64,000 bases of DNA, from the NCBI GenBank assembly GCA_902543375.1, contig CACBYE010000004.1, positions 5,869 through 69,868 of the forward strand. Reading direction: 5' to 3'. The first letter of the stretch is position 1; every line of letters starts with the position of its first letter. The translations under genes were made by a program, and so were the position numbers. Of the stretch, positions 17,266 through 25,709 are shown in pieces. Below the pieces are notes generated by a model. That model worked only from the letters and a program-made list of their open reading frames with translations, was not told the DNA's origin and made no database searches. The DNA comes from an uncultured Pelagibacteraceae bacterium. GTDB taxonomy: Bacteria; Pseudomonadota; Alphaproteobacteria; Pelagibacterales; Pelagibacteraceae.

Positions 17266-19946
17266 AAAAAAAGGATTTATATTACGAGAGAATTCCAACT
17301 AAACTTTTACGAGAAGATGTTAAATATTTAGGTAACACACTTGGTAAAGTTATTATTACTCAGGAAGGTCAAAAGTTTTTCGATTTAGTTGAAAAAGTTA
17401 GAAAATTATCAAAAGCTAATAAAAAAAACCCAAACCAAAAAAGATTAAATAGTAAAGTGATAAATGTCATTAAGAAGCTAGATCCCAAGAATACTTTTAA
17501 ATTAACAAGAGCATTTTCACACTTTATGAATTTTATTAATTTAGCAGAATTAGTAGATGCCTCCAGAAGTTTAAATAAGTATGAAAATAATAAAAAAAAA
17601 TTAAATAAGCAGAATTTATTTATTGAAGAAATTTTTGAAGATTTATTTAATAAAGATATTTCAAAAAATAAAATATACAACTTAGCTAAAAACTTAAATA
17701 TTGGTATAGTTTTGACAGCCCATCCTACTGAGGTTAAAAGAAGAACTTTAATTCAAAAGCATCATAAGATTATAGAGATACTCGAGCAAAGGGAGTTATT
17801 AAAAAATTTTCCGTCAAAATTAAAAATACTTGATAAAGAACTTTTTGATGAATTGACGATTATTTGGAATACGGATGATTTAAAAAGAGTAAGACCATCA
17901 CCCTTTGATGAAGCTAGGTGGGGACTCGCTATAATTGAAGATAGTTTGTGGGATACAGTTCCAAAAGTGTACAGAAAATTAAACTCTATATTTGTAAAAA
18001 ATATGGGTAAAAGTTTACCTAAAAATTTTAATCCCATAGTATTCGGTTCATGGATGGGAGGTGATCGAGATGGCAATCCAAATGTAACTGCTGATGTTAC
18101 AAGAAAAGTAATTTTATTATCCAGATGGGAAGCTGCAAAACTTTATGAGAAAGCCCTTACTAAAATAATAAGGTCTTATTCTATGAAAAAATGCTCAAAA
18201 AAAATCCAAAAAAAAGTTGGAAAATCATTTGAGCCTTATAGAGTTTTTTTAAGACCTTTAAGAGATAAAATTCGATTAACTCATAGATCTATTGAGCAGC
18301 ATTTAGTCAATAAAAAACCTTTAAATCACAAAGAATTAATAAGTTCTCGTGAAGAAATATTAAAACCCTTAAGAGTAGTAAGAGAGTCTCTTGAGCAAAA
18401 CCAAAATGAAAATATAGCTAGTGGTGAATTGCTAGATTTAATGAGAAGAGCTAAATGTTTTGGCATTAATTTAGCAAGACTAGATATCAGGCAAGAGTCT
18501 TCTAGACATAGTCAATTGATAAACGAATTTGTACAGAGAAAATATAATAAAAGTTATTTAAAATTTAGTGAAGATAAAAGAATAGAATTTCTAAAAAAAC
18601 AAATACTTGGAAAAAAAAATCAAATTAATGATTTGCAAATAAAAAATAAAGAGAATAAAGAGGTTTGGTCTACTTTTAAAACTCTAGCTAGTGAGCCGAG
18701 TGAAAGTTTAGGAGCCTATGTTATATCAATGACAACCTCAGCCTCTGATATATTATCTGTAGTATTTTTACAGAAGGAGGCAAAAATTAAAGATAAATTA
18801 AGAGTTGTTCCTTTATTTGAAACTTTGGATGATCTTATTAATTCAAAATCAATAATGCAGACTTTATTTTCACAAAGATGGTACAGAAAATTAATTAATA
18901 ATAAACAAGAAGTGATGATCGGATATTCAGACTCCAGTAAGGACGCTGGTAAAATATGTGCGAGCTGGCATCAGTATAAGGCTCAAGAGGAAATTGTAAA
19001 TTTAGCTAAGAAATTTAAAATAGATGTAATTTTTTTTCATGGACGAGGTGGATCTGCAGGAAGAGGTGGTGGTCCAATTCAAGCAACTCTCAGATCTTTA
19101 CCTCCCAACTCTGTTAACGGTAAAATTAGAATTACTGATCAAGGTGAAGTTATTCAGCAAAAATATGGTTATGAGCCTTTAGCTAATTATAATTTGTGTA
19201 GTTACATAGGCGCTGTTACTGAAGCTACTTTAAATCCACCACCATCCCCAAAAAATAACTGGAGAAACCTAATTGAAAAAATGTCAGATATATCCAAAAG
19301 CTCTTATAGAAAGAATATTAATCAAAGTTTAGAATTTATAAAATACTTTGAAACAGTCACTCCGCACAAGGCACTTGGAAAGCTTTCAATAGGTTCGAGA
19401 CCATCGAAAAGAAAAAATATTGATAATATAAAAAGTTTAAGAGCTATACCTTGGGTTTTTGCTTGGACACAAATTAGACTTATGCTCCCAGCATGGCTTG
19501 GGAGTGCTGAGGCTTTAAGATACTCCTATATAAATAAATTTAGAAGAACCTTAGTAGACATGGAAAAAAATTGGCCATTTTTTAATTCTATGCTTGATAC
19601 ATTAGATATGGTTATTGCAAAAGCTGATCCGGAGATATCAAAAATATATGAAGAATATTTAGCAGACGAAAGTTTAAAGAGAGTTGGTAAGAAACTTAGG
19701 TTTCAATTTGATGTTATTAAAAAATTGAATAAGAAAATTACACCTAAAGAAATTGCTGCTATTAGAAAACAATTTAGATCTCCAATTATCGCTAGAAGTA
19801 TATACTCTGAGGTATTAAATATTATTCAACCTACCGTAATTAAAAAACTTCAAGTCAATAAAAACCCAAAAAATAAGCAGTTTTTAAATGACGCTTTGCT
19901 AACTTCTATAGCTGGTATTTCAGCTGCAATGAAAAATACTGGTTGA
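17262..19946 (+). CDS. ppc: Phosphoenolpyruvate carboxylase
   Basis: VLTAHPTE, WMGGDRDGNP, MIGYSDSSKD, FHGRGG, LRAIPWVF, MKNTG C-terminus. Confidence 0.98.
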   Translation: MKKKDLYYERIPTKLLREDVKYLGNTLGKVIITQEGQKFFDLVEKVRKLSKANKKNPNQKRLNSKVINVIKKLDPKNTFKLTRAFSHFMNFINLAELVDASRSLNKYENNKKKLNKQNLFIEEIFEDLFNKDISKNKIYNLAKNLNIGIVLTAHPTEVKRRTLIQKHHKIIEILEQRELLKNFPSKLKILDKELFDELTIIWNTDDLKRVRPSPFDEARWGLAIIEDSLWDTVPKVYRKLNSIFVKNMGKSLPKNFNPIVFGSWMGGDRDGNPNVTADVTRKVILLSRWEAAKLYEKALTKIIRSYSMKKCSKKIQKKVGKSFEPYRVFLRPLRDKIRLTHRSIEQHLVNKKPLNHKELISSREEILKPLRVVRESLEQNQNENIASGELLDLMRRAKCFGINLARLDIRQESSRHSQLINEFVQRKYNKSYLKFSEDKRIEFLKKQILGKKNQINDLQIKNKENKEVWSTFKTLASEPSESLGAYVISMTTSASDILSVVFLQKEAKIKDKLRVVPLFETLDDLINSKSIMQTLFSQRWYRKLINNKQEVMIGYSDSSKDAGKICASWHQYKAQEEIVNLAKKFKIDVIFFHGRGGSAGRGGGPIQATLRSLPPNSVNGKIRITDQGEVIQQKYGYEPLANYNLCSYIGAVTEATLNPPPSPKNNWRNLIEKMSDISKSSYRKNINQSLEFIKYFETVTPHKALGKLSIGSRPSKRKNIDNIKSLRAIPWVFAWTQIRLMLPAWLGSAEALRYSYINKFRRTLVDMEKNWPFFNSMLDTLDMVIAKADPEISKIYEEYLADESLKRVGKKLRFQFDVIKKLNKKITPKEIAAIRKQFRSPIIARSIYSEVLNIIQPTVIKKLQVNKNPKNKQFLNDALLTSIAGISAAMKNTG

Positions 19947-19955
19947 TGGTTTTTT

Positions 19956-21236
19956 TTAGATAGCCCTAATTATTGGCAGACAATAAAAATCAGCTGTATC
20001 TATCTTAGAAGAATACTGTCTTCTCATATTCCATTTTTTATGAACACCTGCGCTTGCAAGACTTAGTGTAGATCTTCCATATCTATAGTTGGTATTGTCA
20101 ATTGATTGCATTAAGCTTTTTATCTTTTCATCTTTTTCTGATGAAAATAAATTTTTTCTACCGTCATCATTACGCAATCCTGTAAGCATAACACCTGCTT
20201 TCTGGTATTGATATCCGTTTTTGAAAATACTTTCCAAAATTAAAACTGCAGTTTTAACAGTTTCAATACTATTATTTGTTGCGATTGGAAAATCAATTGT
20301 CTTTGCATTTGAATAATAACCATAGTTTCTTTGGAAGGGACTAGTTCTGACAAAAACTGTAATTGCTTTTGCAACTAAAGACTCTGATCTAATTTTTTCA
20401 GATGCGTTTAAACAATAGTTTGCAACCGCCTCTTTCAATTCTTGAAACTTTTCAATTCTTTTTCCAAATGATCTTGAAACTACACAGCTCTTTCTTTTTG
20501 TGTGCGTTGTCTCTAAATCAATACACGGTACCCCTCTAAGTTCCATTGCAGTCCTAGAACTTAAAACATTGGAACATTTTTTGATCCATGTATTTGATTT
20601 ATTTTTAAGTTGTTTTGCATTATAAATTCCATTTTTTTGATAAAACTTCGTAAGTTGTCTGCCAACGCCCCACACATCGTTAATCTCAACTTTCTCTAAA
20701 ATTGGGTCTAAATTTTCAATACCAATTAAACTAGTAACACCCGATTGTTTTTTCTTTGCAATATGATTTGCAACTTTGCTTAAAGTCTTAGTTTTAGCAA
20801 TTCCAATACTAGTTGGAATACCTGTCCATTGTAAAACTGTTTCTCTGATTTCTCTCCCAACTTTTTCAACATCAGAGTCTAGAAAGTTAGATAAATCTAT
20901 AAATGCTTCATCAATTGAGTAAACTTCTATTTCAGTATTAAATCTTTTAAGTGTTCTCATTACCCTTCTAGATAAATCTCCGTATAAAGAATAATTTGAT
21001 GAAAAAACTTCAACTTTATTTTTAACGATGATATCTTTTGCTTTAAAATAAGGTTCACCCATTTTAATTCCCAAAGCTTTTGCCTCATTAGATCTAGAAA
21101 TGATACAACCATCATTATTAGATAACACAACTACAGGTTTTTTTCTTATTTTTGGATTGAATAATCTTTCACATGAAACATAGAAAGAATTACAGTCAAC
21201 TAAAGCTAATTTTTTAGTACGTAGAATGGATGACAT
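19956..21236 (-). CDS. umuC: Y-family DNA polymerase V subunit UmuC
   Basis: DCNSFYVSCE, VLSNNDGC, YSIDEAF. Confidence 0.95.
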   Translation of the reverse strand: MSSILRTKKLALVDCNSFYVSCERLFNPKIRKKPVVVLSNNDGCIISRSNEAKALGIKMGEPYFKAKDIIVKNKVEVFSSNYSLYGDLSRRVMRTLKRFNTEIEVYSIDEAFIDLSNFLDSDVEKVGREIRETVLQWTGIPTSIGIAKTKTLSKVANHIAKKKQSGVTSLIGIENLDPILEKVEINDVWGVGRQLTKFYQKNGIYNAKQLKNKSNTWIKKCSNVLSSRTAMELRGVPCIDLETTHTKRKSCVVSRSFGKRIEKFQELKEAVANYCLNASEKIRSESLVAKAITVFVRTSPFQRNYGYYSNAKTIDFPIATNNSIETVKTAVLILESIFKNGYQYQKAGVMLTGLRNDDGRKNLFSSEKDEKIKSLMQSIDNTNYRYGRSTLSLASAGVHKKWNMRRQYSSKIDTADFYCLPIIRAI

Positions 21237-21609
21237 AAGTCACAACCCCCCAAATAAAAACATCTTCTTCTTCGTTAATCAAAATTCTATTAGAAAAATC
21301 TTTAGACCCAGATGATAGAAATTTTTTATCTCTTTCTTGAACTAAAGTTTTAACCACAAGTTCATCATGAACATTTGCAATAACAGTTGAAAAGTTTTTT
21401 GGTTTTAAGCTTTTATCGACAACCAATAGGTCTCCATCATTAATTCCAACATCCACCATGGATTTTCCCTGAACTCTTATAATAAAAGTAGCTGGAACGT
21501 TTTTGATTAAATGCATATTTAGATCGATATCTTCTTCGATATAATCAGTGGCAGGTGAGGGAAAGCCAGCGCCAGCTTTATGCAGATAATAAGGAATAGT
21601 GAGCTTCAT
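21214..21609 (-). CDS. umuD: DNA polymerase V subunit UmuD (S24 autoprotease)
   Basis: AGFPSPA cleavage region, GKSM Ser, VVK Lys; overlaps umuC start. Confidence 0.95.
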   Translation of the reverse strand: MKLTIPYYLHKAGAGFPSPATDYIEEDIDLNMHLIKNVPATFIIRVQGKSMVDVGINDGDLLVVDKSLKPKNFSTVIANVHDELVVKTLVQERDKKFLSSGSKDFSNRILINEEEDVFIWGVVTYVIHSTY

Positions 21610-21624
21610 GTTCTTGTTTTGTTC
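21610..21624 (-). promoter_or_regulatory. Alphaproteobacterial LexA (SOS) box of umuDC
   Basis: GTTC-TTGTTTT-GTTC (GAAC-N7-GAAC on coding strand) abutting the umuD ATG. Confidence 0.85.
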
Positions 21625-21627
21625 TTA

Positions 21628-21656
21628 TTTGTAGCGTACTTATACAATGTAGTCAA
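21628..21656 (-). promoter_or_regulatory. Putative sigma70 promoter of umuDC
   Basis: TTGACT-N17-TACAAA on minus strand just upstream of the LexA box. Confidence 0.6.
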
Positions 21657-21680
21657 TAGGTTGTATTTTGAGTCCGTAAT

Positions 21681-21715
21681 TGAATCAAAAGTGAATCAAA
21701 ACGTGAACATCAAAA
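21681..21715 (+). repeat. Short direct repeat TGAATCAAAA x2 plus degenerate third copy
   Basis: Copies at 21681, 21692 and degenerate at 21704. Confidence 0.6.
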
Positions 21716-21731
21716 CTATATTTTGTATGCT

Positions 21732-21740
21732 TGTGGATAA
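21732..21740 (-). promoter_or_regulatory. Consensus DnaA box (TTATCCACA on minus strand)
   Basis: TGTGGATAA in intergenic DNA; single copy, function unproven. Confidence 0.45.
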
Positions 21741-21769
21741 CTTCAACCAAGGATAGTTTAAATTATCAA

Positions 21770-22132
21770 ATGAAAAAATTAATTTGTCATTGTGGAGCTG
21801 TTGAAGCAGAAATAAATTTAGATGGAGATTTAGCTAAAGTAATAAAATGTAACTGTTCTATTTGTAAAAGAAAAGGAGCAATCATGTCGATGGTAAAAAA
21901 TGAAGATTTTAAAATTACCAAAGGAGAAGACAAATTAAAACTTTATCAATTTCATTCAAAAGTTGCTAAACATTACTTTTGCTCTGATTGTGGAATTTAT
22001 ACTCATCACAACCCAAGAATAAATCCAGCGATGACAGGATTCAATGTTGGGTGTATTGATGAAATAAATACTTTTGATATAAAAGAAGTTCCTGTAAACG
22101 ATGGTCAAAATCATCCTTTAGATAAAAAATAA
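21770..22132 (+). CDS. GFA/CENP-V family Zn-binding protein
   Basis: CHC, CNCSIC, FCSDCG cysteine pattern; ATG 21770. Confidence 0.9.
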   Translation: MKKLICHCGAVEAEINLDGDLAKVIKCNCSICKRKGAIMSMVKNEDFKITKGEDKLKLYQFHSKVAKHYFCSDCGIYTHHNPRINPAMTGFNVGCIDEINTFDIKEVPVNDGQNHPLDKK

Positions 22133-22137
22133 TTTCC

Positions 22138-23061
22138 ATGCAACAATTTAGTTTATGCTTCGCAAGAGTAAAAAAAGATTGTTTAAAATTCATTAAGTCT
22201 CAAGAAACAAAAGCTGATAAATTTAAGAATAAAGAAAGAATGATTAAGTCTTTCTTAATTCCATTATGTTTTTGGATTAGTAAAAAAGCTAATAAAACAA
22301 GACCTTATTTTGTGGGTTTAGCAGGTGGTCAAGGAACTGGTAAAACTACGATTAGCTCTTTAATCAGAATTATTTTGACTAAATACTTTAAATTAAATGT
22401 TTTTAGGATTTCAATAGATGACTTTTATAAAACAAGAAAAGAGAGAATAAACTTATCAAAAAGAGTTCATCCTATGCTTTTAACTAGGGGAGTTCCTGGA
22501 ACACATGATATAAATATGATGTTGAATTTCTTTAGAAAGTCAAAAAGTAAGAAATTCAAAAGGTTAAAATTACCAACATTTAATAAAGCCATCGATGACA
22601 GGTATAATAAAAAAAAATGGTATGATTTAAAAAAGAAACCAGATGTAATCATTTTTGAGGGGTGGTGTGTTGGTGCAAAATCTGAGAAAAATACTACTTT
22701 AAATAAAGCAATAAATTCATTGGAAAGAGCAAAAGACCAAAAAAAAATTTGGAGAAAACATGTTAACCACCAACTAAAATCAAAGTACAAAAACCTATAC
22801 TCACAATTAAATTGTTTAATTTACCTTAAAGCAAAAAATTTTAGTTTATTACAAAAATGGAGATTAAAACAAGAGAGGAAACTTTGGGTGAAAAGTAAAG
22901 TAAAATCGAAAATAATGAGCAAGGGAGATGTGTTAAATTTTATGCAAACTTATCAGAGAATAACTCAAAATATGTTTAGAAATATGCCTAAGTATGCGTC
23001 AGTAATATTTAATTTAAATAGTAACCATCAAATTAAATCTGCTGTATATAAAAAGAAATGA
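22138..23061 (+). CDS. P-loop kinase, plant-type D-glycerate 3-kinase-like
   Basis: GGQGTGKTT, SIDDFY, RGVPGTHD, IFEGWCVG. Confidence 0.75.
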   Translation: MQQFSLCFARVKKDCLKFIKSQETKADKFKNKERMIKSFLIPLCFWISKKANKTRPYFVGLAGGQGTGKTTISSLIRIILTKYFKLNVFRISIDDFYKTRKERINLSKRVHPMLLTRGVPGTHDINMMLNFFRKSKSKKFKRLKLPTFNKAIDDRYNKKKWYDLKKKPDVIIFEGWCVGAKSEKNTTLNKAINSLERAKDQKKIWRKHVNHQLKSKYKNLYSQLNCLIYLKAKNFSLLQKWRLKQERKLWVKSKVKSKIMSKGDVLNFMQTYQRITQNMFRNMPKYASVIFNLNSNHQIKSAVYKKK

Positions 23062-24353
23062 TCAGAATTTTAATTATAATTACAAGCTTTATATTTTTAA
23101 TTAGTAATGCTAATGCCGAAACTTTTTCTGCGGCATTAAAAAAGGCTTATAATGATAATAATGAGCTAAATGCGGAAAGAGAAAGTTTAAATATTTCTGA
23201 GCAAGAATTAAAAATTTCAATAAGTTCATATTTACCCTCTGTAACTTTAAGTGGCAGCAAAAGCTCAGAAGATACCAATAAATTAACTAACCAAAATGGA
23301 ACAGATGCAACAATCTCAGATGTAGACCCAACTGTTCAATCAGTGACAATTACTCAAACTTTGATAGATCTAGGTAGAGGCGCAGAATTAAGCAAAAGCA
23401 AAATCGGTATTGAATTGGCTAAAGTTAAGCTTTTAAAAAAAGAACAGGAAATTTTATATAAATCAATTGAGGCTTATACGGGTTTAATTTCAGCTAACGA
23501 AAAACTTAAAATTAATAGATCGAATGTTGATTTATTAGATCGTCAAGTTGAAACAGATAGAATTAGACTTGAAAGAGGTAATATATCTTTATCAGATGTT
23601 GCTCAGTCGGAGTCTTCTTTAGCAGGCGCACAAGCAAAACTAATCCAAGCTGAAAATGATTTTTTAACGAGTAAGCTAAATTATGAAAATATTATTGGTA
23701 CAATTAGCGATACAGAATCATTAAATAAATCGTCAATAATAAAAGTTAATTTACCTAGCGAACTTAAATCTGCAATAGAGATATCAAAAAAAAGTAACCC
23801 AGATTTAATTATAGCTCGACTAGAACATGAGCAATCAAAAAAAGATACCACTAGTGCAAGATCTGATTTAGCTCCAACAGCAACACTGTCTTTTGATAGA
23901 TCAAAAACAGACGATTTAAGTTCAACTTTCGATGAAAAAGAACAAGATACTTTAAAAGCAACAGTAACATGGCCATTTTTTTCTGGAGGTAAGAATTATG
24001 CAAATCTTAATAAAAATAAAAGTTTGGAGACGCAAAAAAATCTTCTTTTAAATAATACGATTAAAAAGAACCAAACAGATGTTGCAAGTGCCTGGTCAAA
24101 TTACCAATCTAATAAAAGTTTATTAAATTCAGTAAGATCTCAAGTGAATGCTGCTGAAATTGCAAATGAGGGAATTGTAGCTGAGTATAATAGTGGTTCT
24201 GATAGAACTACTTTAGAGGTTATTCAGTCTAACTCTTTATTATTAAATGCCCAGATTTCATTGGCAGACTCAGAGAGAAATTATATTCTTTCACAGTTTA
24301 ACCTTTTAAAATCTATCGGATTGCTCAATAGCGAATATCTTAAATTAAGGTAA
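23058..24353 (+). CDS. tolC: TolC family outer-membrane channel
   Basis: Signal peptide, two OEP repeats (YLPSVTL / LAPTATL; G..SLSDV / G.RTTLEV). Confidence 0.9.
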   Translation: MIRILIIITSFIFLISNANAETFSAALKKAYNDNNELNAERESLNISEQELKISISSYLPSVTLSGSKSSEDTNKLTNQNGTDATISDVDPTVQSVTITQTLIDLGRGAELSKSKIGIELAKVKLLKKEQEILYKSIEAYTGLISANEKLKINRSNVDLLDRQVETDRIRLERGNISLSDVAQSESSLAGAQAKLIQAENDFLTSKLNYENIIGTISDTESLNKSSIIKVNLPSELKSAIEISKKSNPDLIIARLEHEQSKKDTTSARSDLAPTATLSFDRSKTDDLSSTFDEKEQDTLKATVTWPFFSGGKNYANLNKNKSLETQKNLLLNNTIKKNQTDVASAWSNYQSNKSLLNSVRSQVNAAEIANEGIVAEYNSGSDRTTLEVIQSNSLLLNAQISLADSERNYILSQFNLLKSIGLLNSEYLKLR

Positions 24354-24396
24354 TAATCAGCATTTTTGGGCTTAAACAAATAAATCTTGCCAATGA

Positions 24397-24411
24397 GAAC
24401 AAAATGTGTAC
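24397..24411 (+). promoter_or_regulatory. LexA (SOS) box of recA
   Basis: GAAC-AAAATGT-GTAC between TTGCCA (24387) and TACATT (24409) promoter-like hexamers. Confidence 0.85.
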
Positions 24412-24461
24412 ATTTATAAGCATGATTCGAGTGATAAAAATATTAAAAAAAGAGGCAAAAA

Positions 24462-25610
24462 ATGACTAAAAATAACTTAAAAGTAGTTAAATCTACTAAA
24501 AATCAAGAATTGGAAAACAAAGAAAAAAATAAAGCATTAGATGCTGCGATCAGCCAGATAACTGACAACTTCGGAAAAGGTTCAGTTATGAAGCTTGGTG
24601 AGAAAAGAGCTATGGATATCGAGTCGATATCTACAGGTTCTTTAAGTTTAGATTTAGCTTTAGGAATAGGTGGTTTACCAAAAGGAAGAATTGTTGAAGT
24701 TTACGGACCAGAGTCTTCTGGAAAAACAACATTAGCATTACAAGTTGTTGCTGAAGCCCAAAAGGCTGGTGGCATTTGTGCATTCGTTGATGCTGAACAT
24801 GCTTTAGATCCAGTTTATGCAAAAAAATTAGGAGTAAATACTGAAGAGCTTTTAATTTCTCAACCAGACGCTGGTGAGCAAGCTTTAGAAATAGCAGATA
24901 CATTAGTAAAATCAGGCTCTATTTCGGTTATCGTAATTGACTCTGTTGCAGCTTTAACTCCAAGAGCTGAAATTGAAGGTGAGATGGGCGATCATCACGT
25001 TGGTCTTCAATCAAGATTAATGAGTCAGGCTTTAAGAAAATTAACTGGTTCAATTTCAAATACCAACACTATGATGATTTTCATTAACCAAATCAGAATG
25101 AAAATAGGAGTTATGTTTGGAAGTCCTGAAACAACATCAGGTGGAAATGCACTTAAATTTTATTCATCTGTAAGAATGGATATTAGAAGAATTGGTGCCA
25201 TCAAAGATAAAGATGAAATTATTGGTAACTCTACTAGAGTGAAAGTAGTTAAGAATAAAGTTGCACCACCATTTAAAGTTGTTGAGTTCGACCTAATGTA
25301 TGGAAGAGGAATTAGTAAAATGGGTGAGTTAGTAGACCTAGGTGCTAAGGCCGACATCATTGAGAAATCAGGAGCATGGTATGCTTACAAGGGTGAGAAA
25401 ATAGGACAAGGTAGAGAAAATGCCAAAGTCTATTTAGCTCAAAATCCACAAGTTGCTGCAGAGATAGAAATGGCAATTAGAGAAAAAGCAGGTGTGATTT
25501 CTAAAAAAATTGAAGGAAATCCATTAAGTCCTGAAAAAATTGAAAAAGAGAAGAAAGTAGCTGAAAAAGAAGAAGCAGAAAAAGAGACTACTCCTCCTAA
25601 AAAGAACTAG
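24462..25610 (+). CDS. recA: Recombinase RecA
   Basis: [35 protein letters not shown]. Confidence 0.99.
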   Translation: MTKNNLKVVKSTKNQELENKEKNKALDAAISQITDNFGKGSVMKLGEKRAMDIESISTGSLSLDLALGIGGLPKGRIVEVYGPESSGKTTLALQVVAEAQKAGGICAFVDAEHALDPVYAKKLGVNTEELLISQPDAGEQALEIADTLVKSGSISVIVIDSVAALTPRAEIEGEMGDHHVGLQSRLMSQALRKLTGSISNTNTMMIFINQIRMKIGVMFGSPETTSGGNALKFYSSVRMDIRRIGAIKDKDEIIGNSTRVKVVKNKVAPPFKVVEFDLMYGRGISKMGELVDLGAKADIIEKSGAWYAYKGEKIGQGRENAKVYLAQNPQVAAEIEMAIREKAGVISKKIEGNPLSPEKIEKEKKVAEKEEAEKETTPPKKN

Positions 25611-25634
25611 AATTAAAGGTCATCTTTAAATTAT

Positions 25635-25660
25635 AAAGGCGCTTATTATTAGCGCCTTTC
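25635..25660 (+). terminator. Hairpin terminator after recA
   Basis: AAAGGCGCT-TATTATT-AGCGCCTTT; short U-tract. Confidence 0.7.
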
Positions 25661-25709
25661 CCCCTTATCGTTATCTAGACATAGAACAAAAAAGCTGTAT
25701 TTTAAAAAT

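Noticed and set aside
21610..21769. Replication origin
   Set aside because: Only one DnaA box, a short region, and no dnaA/hemE/parAB context in the window.
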